DNA of 41,194 nt, taken from positions 1 through 41,194 of IMG/VR virus record IMGVR_UViG_3300024284_000005, one strand, 5' to 3'. Origin of the DNA: a virus. Lineage: Duplodnaviria > Caudoviricetes. The number at the start of each line of letters is the position of its first letter. Within the stretch, counting starts at the first letter, position 1. The position numbers and the translations under genes were made by a program. Shown here one piece after another: positions 34,518 through 41,194 of the stretch. The notes beneath the pieces are model-generated. The model did no database searches, was not told where the DNA came from, and worked only from the letters and a program-made list of their open reading frames with translations.

Positions 34518-34849
34518 TGTATCGTTTCTCCTTCGGATGCGAACTCGTTTACCAATTCAAAGTGTGCGGCGATTGCTTCCGCCTCGGTACTGCTTCGGAT
34601 CGACGATTGCAACTTCCCGCAGCTGCCCTCCGTCCACCCTACGAAGTAGGCCGATTCAAAAATGCGTAGGTCGGGACCGATGCCGAGATTAGTTCCAAGC
34701 CATACAGTCGACACCATCCGCTCGGGACCCAAGCGGGTATTGAGTATCAATTGGTAGCCCGGGGTTTCTCGGAGCGCGATCCATTCGTACAGGGTGAGCG
34801 GGTTCCCGTCACGGTCGTAATAAAGTCCATACTCGAGACACAACGTCAT
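34514..34849 (-). CDS. Conserved phage hypothetical protein
   Basis: ATGA overlap at 34846-34849; YYDRDG.P and VSTVWLG...IFES motifs. Confidence 0.72.
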   Translation of the reverse strand: MTLCLEYGLYYDRDGNPLTLYEWIALRETPGYQLILNTRLGPERMVSTVWLGTNLGIGPDLRIFESAYFVGWTEGSCGKLQSSIRSSTEAEAIAAHFELVNEFASEGETIQ

Positions 34850-35169
34850 CGGGTCGCCTTTCGCCGTCCGTTGGTCTCTTCCCGTTCCGGGTCCCCGTCG
34901 TGTCGATAGCGGCCGGTCATCGGATGCTTGATCCAACCGACCGGGGGCTCTCCGTCCCCGTTCCATTCGGACGCCGCACGGATGGCCGCCTCCGGGGTCG
35001 GGTAGCAGTACGCGTCGTCAATGACCGGGATTTCTTGCGGGCCGTAGCAAACGCGCCAATTGAACATCATCCGATAGACGCAGATTTCGTAGCCGTCGGG
35101 CAACGCGCGATAATAGACGGCTTCGGGTCGGGGGCACTCGTCGCCGAGGGGTTGGGGATAGGGGTGCAT
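34846..35169 (-). CDS. Conserved phage hypothetical protein
   Basis: YCY...A..A..W.G.GEPP.GW.KH..TGR.R motif; start 35169 or 35199. Confidence 0.72.
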   Translation of the reverse strand: MHPYPQPLGDECPRPEAVYYRALPDGYEICVYRMMFNWRVCYGPQEIPVIDDAYCYPTPEAAIRAASEWNGDGEPPVGWIKHPMTGRYRHDGDPEREETNGRRKATR

Positions 35170-35215
35170 AGGACCCGGGAGTGTACCCGAGTGGGCCAAA
35201 GGGCGGGAGAACCCT

Positions 35216-35854
35216 TTGGCCGCACACCGCCCAAAAATCCGACGATCCGACTACGCCGCCGCGGCCATTATCGCCCTGGACCCAGCCGCGGTGGGTGACT
35301 GCGGAGTTGCCGCTCGCCTTACCGCGGGCCTCCGTTACACGAGATACGAGACCCTACGCGCGCCCGAGTTTCAATATGCCGGGTGGGTCTTCAATCCGCG
35401 CATGCACGACGACTTGAGCACGTGGATCGCGGACTATGTCGGGAAAGACCAAAGGGTTCTCTTGGTTGTTGAGAACGCTGCTTATCGTGGCACCGCTCGT
35501 CATCTGGGCCGTGCAATCGGGTGCTTGGAAGGACTGTTGCACGACCTCAACTTGGCCCACCCAAACGACACCCAATACATCGCGCCGAGTAAATGGCGAT
35601 CCGGGGTCTTCGGGGTACCACTACCCCAAGGGCGGGAAGCGTTGAAACTCGCGGCCGTACTCCGGGTGTCTAGACAATACGGGCTAGCGGTGTCCGATGA
35701 CCTTGCGGAAGCCATCTGCATGTTGGACTACTACACCGTGGCCCAACGGAAGGTGTGGGCCGACGGGAAGCTTCACAAAGCGGACCCGAACCGGTACGTC
35801 GACGAACTCCCCGACCCGGACCCGGACGGCGTGTTGGACGCGGCGGACGCGTAA
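35216..35854 (+). CDS. RuvC-like Holliday junction resolvase
   Basis: IALDP, VVE, APSKWR, K, DDLAEAI acidic RNase H-fold pattern. Confidence 0.8.
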   Translation: MAAHRPKIRRSDYAAAAIIALDPAAVGDCGVAARLTAGLRYTRYETLRAPEFQYAGWVFNPRMHDDLSTWIADYVGKDQRVLLVVENAAYRGTARHLGRAIGCLEGLLHDLNLAHPNDTQYIAPSKWRSGVFGVPLPQGREALKLAAVLRVSRQYGLAVSDDLAEAICMLDYYTVAQRKVWADGKLHKADPNRYVDELPDPDPDGVLDAADA

Positions 35855-35857
35855 CCC

Positions 35858-36271
35858 ATGGGCCGGCATGGAACCACCCGGTTTTCCCGGGACAAGATCG
35901 CCACCCCACACGCAGCCTTAGAAGCCGAGTGGTACGCGCGGCTTCGTGACTCCGGGTTCGACGACATCGAGCCTTACAACAACCCCATGAACACCCGGTT
36001 GGTCCAGCACTGGCATTCCACCATGCAGGCCACGAAGAAAGGCGTATGGACCGGGGGCGCCGAGATGTTCCGCCTACTTTATGAGTGGTTGGACGAAACG
36101 CGATATCGGGTCCGGGGCGACCGGTTCCTACTCGCGGCCCGGTGTGAAGGGTTCGACTGGACCGAACTCCAACAACGCTTCGGGGTCGACGTTCGGAAGG
36201 TGCGACTAAAGTGTTTGAAGCAAGCCCGCCACATGCTCCGCGCACGGGGCTTATATAAGAGGTTCCGTTAG
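35858..36271 (+). CDS. Hypothetical protein, possible late transcription regulator (C-terminal HTH)
   Basis: WYARLRDSGFDDIE motif; EGFDWTELQQRFGVDVRKVR HTH-like; upstream of the terminase genes. Confidence 0.55.
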   Translation: MGRHGTTRFSRDKIATPHAALEAEWYARLRDSGFDDIEPYNNPMNTRLVQHWHSTMQATKKGVWTGGAEMFRLLYEWLDETRYRVRGDRFLLAARCEGFDWTELQQRFGVDVRKVRLKCLKQARHMLRARGLYKRFR

Positions 36272-36273
36272 CC

Positions 36274-36642
36274 ATGCCGAAGGACCCGGACGTTCCCCGT
36301 TCTTCCCGTCTCGCCCGCCGTCGGGCCATAGCGCAGGTCGCGGAAACGGCTTCTATGGCCCCGACGGCCTACGTGGAGTCCCCAATCCACACGGTCCTCG
36401 GTCAAGCCCATCGCATCATCGAGACCGAGCTGGCTTTCATCGAAGCGCGCCAGAAGGGTCCGAAACCGGAAGCCATGTCGCCCGCCGACGCCAAGAAGTT
36501 CGCCGCGTTGGTCGCGGCTTTCGAACGCACGGTGACCATCGGACGGGAAACCGACGAAACCCAGATGGCGGCTCTTAGTGATACCGACCTAGAGGCCCAA
36601 TTGGTCGCGGAGTTGGAACGCATGAGGAGCAAGAAAAAGTGA
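36274..36642 (+). CDS. Probable terminase small subunit
   Basis: 122-aa helical protein with LSDTDL.A motif, two genes before TerL. Confidence 0.45.
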   Translation: MPKDPDVPRSSRLARRRAIAQVAETASMAPTAYVESPIHTVLGQAHRIIETELAFIEARQKGPKPEAMSPADAKKFAALVAAFERTVTIGRETDETQMAALSDTDLEAQLVAELERMRSKKK

Positions 36643-37223
36643 CGAGTGTGCCCGCCGGCTACAAGTTTCGTTTGGTCACCCGTGACGACCACAACTCGAT
36701 CTTCTCCGATTGGTTGCGGTCGGGTCGCAAGGGGCTCGCCGTCCGGGGCGTGGCTTCCCAAATCTATTTCTTTTGGCAACATCTGACTATCGAACGGTTG
36801 CTGGACCCGGAGAATCGCTGCACGTGGCTGGTCGCATGCTCAACCGACGACCCCACGAAAATCTACGGGTGGGTGTGCGGTCAACGCGCAGACTCGATCG
36901 TCGGGGACCAAGCCATCGCACACTACGTTTACGTCAAGCGGCTTTACCGTCGCTTGGGTATTGCCCGGAAGTTGCTCGACGCGTTGCAAGGGTCCGCCGG
37001 GGTGTTAGTTGTGACGTCCCTAACGGACGCGGGACGGGCGTTGCTGCATGGCCGCCCCCACATCTACAACCCGTATCTACAAGCCATCTACACGCCGTCT
37101 ACGGCCCCGAAGCGGCACGCGGGACATCCCCACCGGGTCTCGCGCCGGGAGCTTTCTAAGGGCGGCTACGTTCCCGAGGACGGGCTAGAGGAAGACGGCC
37201 CCGAGGAAGGGCCGGCGTCGTAG
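36639..37223 (+). CDS. GNAT-family acetyltransferase
   Basis: IYGWVC; HYVYVKRLYRRLGIARKLL = GNAT motif A (R-x-x-G-x-A). Confidence 0.8.
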   Translation: MTSVPAGYKFRLVTRDDHNSIFSDWLRSGRKGLAVRGVASQIYFFWQHLTIERLLDPENRCTWLVACSTDDPTKIYGWVCGQRADSIVGDQAIAHYVYVKRLYRRLGIARKLLDALQGSAGVLVVTSLTDAGRALLHGRPHIYNPYLQAIYTPSTAPKRHAGHPHRVSRRELSKGGYVPEDGLEEDGPEEGPAS

Positions 37224-37224
37224 T

Positions 37225-37302
37225 ATGTGGTTTTTGCTTTTGGTGATCTGTGTGATCGGGATCCTGGTTCACCTATTAGGACCCAATCGTGACGGCTCGT
37301 AA
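37225..37302 (+). CDS. 25-aa single-transmembrane peptide (not in ORF track)
   Basis: MWFLLLVICVIGILVHLLGPNRDGS*; starts 1 nt after the GNAT stop and overlaps the terL start. Confidence 0.5.
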   Translation: MWFLLLVICVIGILVHLLGPNRDGS

Positions 37303-38770
37303 GGTCCAACGCCTACTCGAGGAAAAGAACAAGCGCGAAGCTTTTCCCCGTGCAGTCGACGCATTCCTGGCCGACCTATTCGACCGGCAACAAGCGCTGG
37401 TCGAACACCCCGGGCGACGTAAGGTCACCCCCGCGGGACGCCGCGCGGGCAAGACCAAAGCCTTTGCGGGTCGTGCAGTGAAAGCCGCGCGCGACTTTCC
37501 CGGCGCCACGATTCCGATCTTCGAACGAACCCTAACGTGCGTTGCCGCGCAAACGTTCTGGTCCGATCTAATAGCCCTCGACGAAAAGTATAAATTGGGG
37601 GTCGACTTCCACCACACCTACAAGACGGCGACCTTCCGCAACAAGTCCGTGATCTCGCTGATGGGCGCGGACACCTTGGAAGCGTGCGACAAGGCACGCG
37701 GCGGCAAGTTCCCGGTGGCCATCGTCGACGAAGCGGGAACGTTTCGCAGCAAGGTGTTGGAGTACCTCGTAACAGAAGTGCTTGAGCCTGCGTCGATCGA
37801 CTTCGACGGGGAGATTCTCGTAGGCGGCACCCCAAACCCGACCATGAGCGGGTGGTTCTATGAGACGGTCCGCGATGCGGAGGCCCGGGGATGGTCCGTT
37901 TTCCACTGGACGCTGATCGACAACCCCACCCTGGGGCCGGCCGACCTGGACCCGGTCGCGCGTCGGTTGTGGCGAATCCAGTGGCTGGCCGACCTCCGCC
38001 GCCGTTACGGGTGGACCGAGCATACGCCACGGTTTCTCCGTGAGTACCTTGGCCAATGGGCGGTGACCGGGGATGACTACATCTACCCTTTCGACCGCGC
38101 GCGGAATCTTGTGTCCGAGCTGCCCGGCGCGCCCCCGGATGCCTGGACCTACGCCTTGTCCATTGACATCGGCTTCAATGATCCGACGGCCTTCGTCGTG
38201 TGGGGTCGCGTCGATGGCGACCCGACCTCGTACGTGATCGAGTCGTACGAGCAGACCCACCTTATCCCGTCGGCCGTGGCCGCCCACGTGGAACGGCTTC
38301 GAGAACGATTCTCATTCCGGGCGATCGTCTGCGACACCGGAGGCATGGGTAAAGCCGTGGCCGAAGAGATGCGCCAACGGTTCGCCTTGCCGATCAAAGC
38401 CGCCGCCAAGCGCGACAAGATGGTCTACCTGGAGTTCGTCGCGGGCGAATTGCGGGCCGGGCGGATCAAGATCTTGCGCGGGCGCAACGTCGAGCTCGTG
38501 GACGATCTGGCCAACCTTGCGTGGAACGACGAACGCACCGACGCTTCCCCGGGCTCACGTGATCACTTGCCCGACGCTTTTCTGTACGGCGAGCGCGAAA
38601 TATCCTCCTGGACCTTACAGGTAGGTCTAGGAATTCGTGATCCCGCGACGCCATATTCTGATGAATGGTGGGCAGCCGAAGAGGAGCGAATGATCGCGGA
38701 CGTCGAGGCCCGACACGCCCTAAACACTTCGATGGACTGGAAATATGGTTGGTCGGTGAATACCGATTGA
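37289..38770 (+). CDS. terL: Terminase large subunit
   Basis: Walker A AGRRAGKT, Walker B AIVDEA, GTPN, nuclease IDIGFNDPTAF and DHLPDAFLY. Confidence 0.95.
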   Translation: MTARKVQRLLEEKNKREAFPRAVDAFLADLFDRQQALVEHPGRRKVTPAGRRAGKTKAFAGRAVKAARDFPGATIPIFERTLTCVAAQTFWSDLIALDEKYKLGVDFHHTYKTATFRNKSVISLMGADTLEACDKARGGKFPVAIVDEAGTFRSKVLEYLVTEVLEPASIDFDGEILVGGTPNPTMSGWFYETVRDAEARGWSVFHWTLIDNPTLGPADLDPVARRLWRIQWLADLRRRYGWTEHTPRFLREYLGQWAVTGDDYIYPFDRARNLVSELPGAPPDAWTYALSIDIGFNDPTAFVVWGRVDGDPTSYVIESYEQTHLIPSAVAAHVERLRERFSFRAIVCDTGGMGKAVAEEMRQRFALPIKAAAKRDKMVYLEFVAGELRAGRIKILRGRNVELVDDLANLAWNDERTDASPGSRDHLPDAFLYGEREISSWTLQVGLGIRDPATPYSDEWWAAEEERMIADVEARHALNTSMDWKYGWSVNTD

Positions 38771-39200
38771 TTGACTACTTCCGCGGCGGTATAGCGGGTT
38801 AGTGGTGACGCCGACGGCAAATCACCACACCGCGACGGCGCCGTACCCGGGGACCGGTACGGGCCGCCGTCGGGTTTTGCGCTAGTCAATCTGCAACCGT
38901 GGTTTTCGGGGGAGAGCGAATGTCTATGAAAGGTCGGCTCCGCGCGCGCTTCTCATCCCCGCAACGGTTGTGGGTTGCCGACGGGCGGACCGGGCCGCCT
39001 TAGCCCGAAAGTAACGGATGCCTTCCCGGTACTTTCGGGACCCCGGATTTTATAAAACTACCCGTCGCGCGGATCGGCGGCTGATTCCTGGTCATGTCGG
39101 CGAACCCTTTTCCAGAAGGGGTTTGACGAAAGGCGGGGATCGGGAAGGGGTGGGCTCCACCGTCAATGGAGGCCGCCCCATTCCGTTTACCCTTGTCCGT
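38769..39200 (+). ncRNA. Candidate structured non-coding RNA / origin element
   Basis: At least 8 stems read by eye, with G-U pairs favouring the + strand; no convincing ORF before 39261. Confidence 0.45.
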
Positions 39201-39260
39201 TCTACTTACCTTCAGAACCTCGGTCAAAAGCAAAAAGACAAGAAAGCAAAAAAGTCTCAG

Positions 39261-39665
39261 ATGGAAGCCTCAACACCTCCTTCTTTCGACTCTAAACCGT
39301 GCCCCCACGGGTACACCCATTGTGTGCCTTGTAGTGACCTACGGTCAACGATTCTCGCCGCGTTCCCGCTGCAAAAAGAGTGGATTCAACCCGCTGTTCG
39401 ATTCCCGCAACGGAATCACATCGTTTACGCCGTATCGCTGGACCTCCGATCCTTCCAAACCACTTGGAGAACCCGAGCGGTCGTAGAAGCATCCGGGGAC
39501 CAGCAATCTCGGGCTGCATGGCTCGAGGTTCTACAAGACGTCTACGCGCCTTTAGCGAACGCCCAAAACGTCCTCCTAGATGCGATGCGACGGCTGCATC
39601 GGGATGATAGGGCGACGCCGACGGCATCCTCCTATTGGTCCCGGTTGGGCGGGGGGAAGTCCTAA
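39261..39665 (+). CDS. CPHGYxxCxxC zinc-finger protein, paralogue 1
   Basis: ATG at 39261 places CPHGYTHCVPC near the N-terminus, as in the neighbouring paralogue. Confidence 0.6.
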   Translation: MEASTPPSFDSKPCPHGYTHCVPCSDLRSTILAAFPLQKEWIQPAVRFPQRNHIVYAVSLDLRSFQTTWRTRAVVEASGDQQSRAAWLEVLQDVYAPLANAQNVLLDAMRRLHRDDRATPTASSYWSRLGGGKS

Positions 39666-39666
39666 A

Positions 39667-40095
39667 ATGCCCTATCCACCTGTGATGTCCCCGCCGCACC
39701 TCGGGGAAGCTCCGGCGTGCCCCCACGGGTACCACGATTGCACAACATGTCGGGACGTAGTCAACCGCGCCCGGGCGGCGTGCCCGTTCCGATCCGACGA
39801 CTTCCGCGCGACGGTCGTAATCGTATCGAAGCGGCGGGTGTGCTTCCGGTTGGAAGACGCCACGCTCAACGTGGTCCAGATCTCGATGCAACAGTACCCG
39901 GACGTTCTCGAGGGTGGCCGTGCAGAGGACGTATGGGTTCATCTTGCGCGGAACGTGCGGTACCGAATCCGTGCAGTGATGGTCGACCTCGACGACGTAA
40001 TCTCAATCTACGAACGCCGTAAACGAGGCGCCGCACGGGCCGCCCCCCAACCACCGGCGACGCCCGCCTCCGACATCGACGAAATCGAATTCTAG
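39667..40095 (+). CDS. CPHGYxxCxxC zinc-finger protein, paralogue 2
   Basis: ATG 1 nt after the previous stop; CPHGYHDCTTC; acidic C-terminus DIDEIEF. Confidence 0.65.
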   Translation: MPYPPVMSPPHLGEAPACPHGYHDCTTCRDVVNRARAACPFRSDDFRATVVIVSKRRVCFRLEDATLNVVQISMQQYPDVLEGGRAEDVWVHLARNVRYRIRAVMVDLDDVISIYERRKRGAARAAPQPPATPASDIDEIEF

Positions 40096-40096
40096 T

Positions 40097-40438
40097 ATGG
40101 GATTCGACGAACCCTTGCGGATTTCGCGGACGTTGCGCGATTTGCGCCAAGCCATGCCTACCTATGTTCCGCCGTTGATCGGGCGGGTCTCATACAACAA
40201 CGACCGGGGGGTTTATACTTTCCAGGTCGGGGTTAGTACGATCTTACAGGCAGTAAATGTATATCCCAATGATCTCCGAAACCATCCGCCGAGGTGGTTT
40301 TGGGACTACACCATGACTCGGTTTATGCAGTCCTTGATGGACCCCGCATTATCCGAAATGGTGTTGCAACAGCACTCCGCACAAATCCCGTGCTTCCTAA
40401 TCGACTCCGCCACCCCGTCGCCTCACGGCGCGAATTGA
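40097..40438 (+). CDS. Hypothetical protein
   Basis: ATG 1 nt after the previous stop; 113 aa. Confidence 0.6.
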   Translation: MGFDEPLRISRTLRDLRQAMPTYVPPLIGRVSYNNDRGVYTFQVGVSTILQAVNVYPNDLRNHPPRWFWDYTMTRFMQSLMDPALSEMVLQQHSAQIPCFLIDSATPSPHGAN

Positions 40439-40442
40439 CCAC

Positions 40443-41018
40443 GTGAAAGGGACTTCTAGAATGTTGCCTAGCGAATTGTTTGAAGCCGCACGTCCGAACC
40501 TCGGGCCGAACTTTGCGACCGGTGTAACTGTAGATTCCGAGACCGGGAAAATTGGATTGTCGATCGCATTGCCCCTTGGGAAATGGTCGATCGAACACCC
40601 GATATCAGACGCCGCCACCCCGGAGAATGCGACCGCCGCGTGGGGGTTGCTGGCCGGGGTTGCCTACCTCGAAATGCTGCAGCTCCAGGAGGAACTGTTG
40701 GCCGCCTATACGACGCAACTACCCAAGTACGGAACCAAGTCGGAGAAGGCCGCGTTGTCCGCCCTCACGGCTTACTACCGGGTCGGGAAGCATCTGGCCA
40801 ACGCCCTCCGGGCCATCATCGAGGACGGACCCGAACGTGACGCCGTCGAGGAAGCCGTGCGCGCCGCCGAGGATTCCGCACTCGAAGCGGAAGCCCACGC
40901 AATCGAAACCGAACGCGTAGCGCCCCCGGAACCCGAACCCGCGCCCGTCGAACCGGCCCCGCCCGAAGGGGAACCCGCCCCCGAACCGGTCCCCGCCGAA
41001 TTGCCGATCGCTTCGTAA
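40443..41018 (+). CDS. Hypothetical protein with acidic Pro/Glu-rich tail
   Basis: Last gene before terminator; start may be ATG 40461 (AAGGGA RBS); PEPAP repeats. Confidence 0.65.
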   Translation: MKGTSRMLPSELFEAARPNLGPNFATGVTVDSETGKIGLSIALPLGKWSIEHPISDAATPENATAAWGLLAGVAYLEMLQLQEELLAAYTTQLPKYGTKSEKAALSALTAYYRVGKHLANALRAIIEDGPERDAVEEAVRAAEDSALEAEAHAIETERVAPPEPEPAPVEPAPPEGEPAPEPVPAELPIAS

Positions 41019-41043
41019 CCCCGCCCCGGTCCCCGCCTTCCCG

Positions 41044-41092
41044 AACCCCGTGGCTTCCGATAGCTGGTACCTATCGGAGGTTGCGGGGTTTT
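41044..41092 (+). terminator. Intrinsic terminator between convergent genes, at the circular junction
   Basis: AACCCCGTGGCTTCCGATAG / CTATCGGAGGTTGCGGGGTT 20-bp stem with G-U pairs, then a T run. Confidence 0.8.
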
Positions 41093-41194
41093 GGTTATTC
41101 GGACTCGAGTGCCTCTAAGGCGGCGCGGATATTGCGCGTCCCGTGGAGGTAGGCCATCCGTCGGACATCTTCGACGACCGATGGATCGAGGGTC
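41068..41194 (+). repeat. Terminal direct repeat, right copy
   Basis: Identical to 1-127. Confidence 0.97.

Larger units (their letters stand above)
1..41194. mobile_element. Complete temperate tailed phage genome (podovirus-like), circular assembly of ~41,067 bp
   Basis: Terminase, portal, capsid, tail, polymerase, endolysin and integrase modules present; no host housekeeping genes; ends overlap by 127 bp; no long tape-measure gene. Confidence 0.93.

Noticed and set aside
39018-39260. N-terminal extension of ORF 39018-39665
   Set aside because: It runs through the hairpin-rich region with low-complexity sequence; the paralogue's layout supports ATG 39261, though this is not proven
41068-41194. 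127-bp terminal repeat as a biological DTR
   Set aside because: Length equals a common assembler k-mer (127), and the repeat cuts through a gene and a terminator; best read as circular overlap

Overview
The window is an apparently complete, circularly assembled, GC-rich temperate podovirus-like phage genome of about 41,067 bp. Bases 1-127 recur exactly at 41068-41194, most likely an assembly overlap. Modules: (i) an attP-like non-coding region with about 11 GTGAC repeats, a tyrosine integrase and a leftward cluster of small early genes (28-5494); (ii) a rightward virion operon with portal, scaffold, major capsid, adaptor, tandem-lectin tail fibre, nozzle and three probable ejection proteins, and no tape measure (6628-24285); (iii) a leftward replication/recombination/host-takeover operon with an SspB-like ClpXP adaptor, DUF5664 dNTP diphosphohydrolase, HAD-phosphatase/adenine-MTase fusion, Acb2/Tad1-like small protein, family A DNA polymerase, SSB-like protein, ERF and YqaJ exonuclease (24269-31671); (iv) a rightward block with a truncated DnaB-type ATPase, M15 endolysin, an inverted 4-gene cassette, RuvC-like resolvase, probable TerS, GNAT and TerL, then a heavily structured ~430-nt non-coding region and two CPHGY zinc-finger paralogues. 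No primase, CI-like repressor, holin/spanin or tRNA was recognised. The most striking candidate system is the phage-encoded SspB-like proteolysis adaptor together with seven phage proteins (including polymerase, ERF, helicase and scaffold) ending in the ClpX-type Ala-Ala degron. A Myxococcota (Polyangia-like) host is suspected from remembered protein resemblances and is not proven. All product calls are motif recognition by eye; no searches were run.
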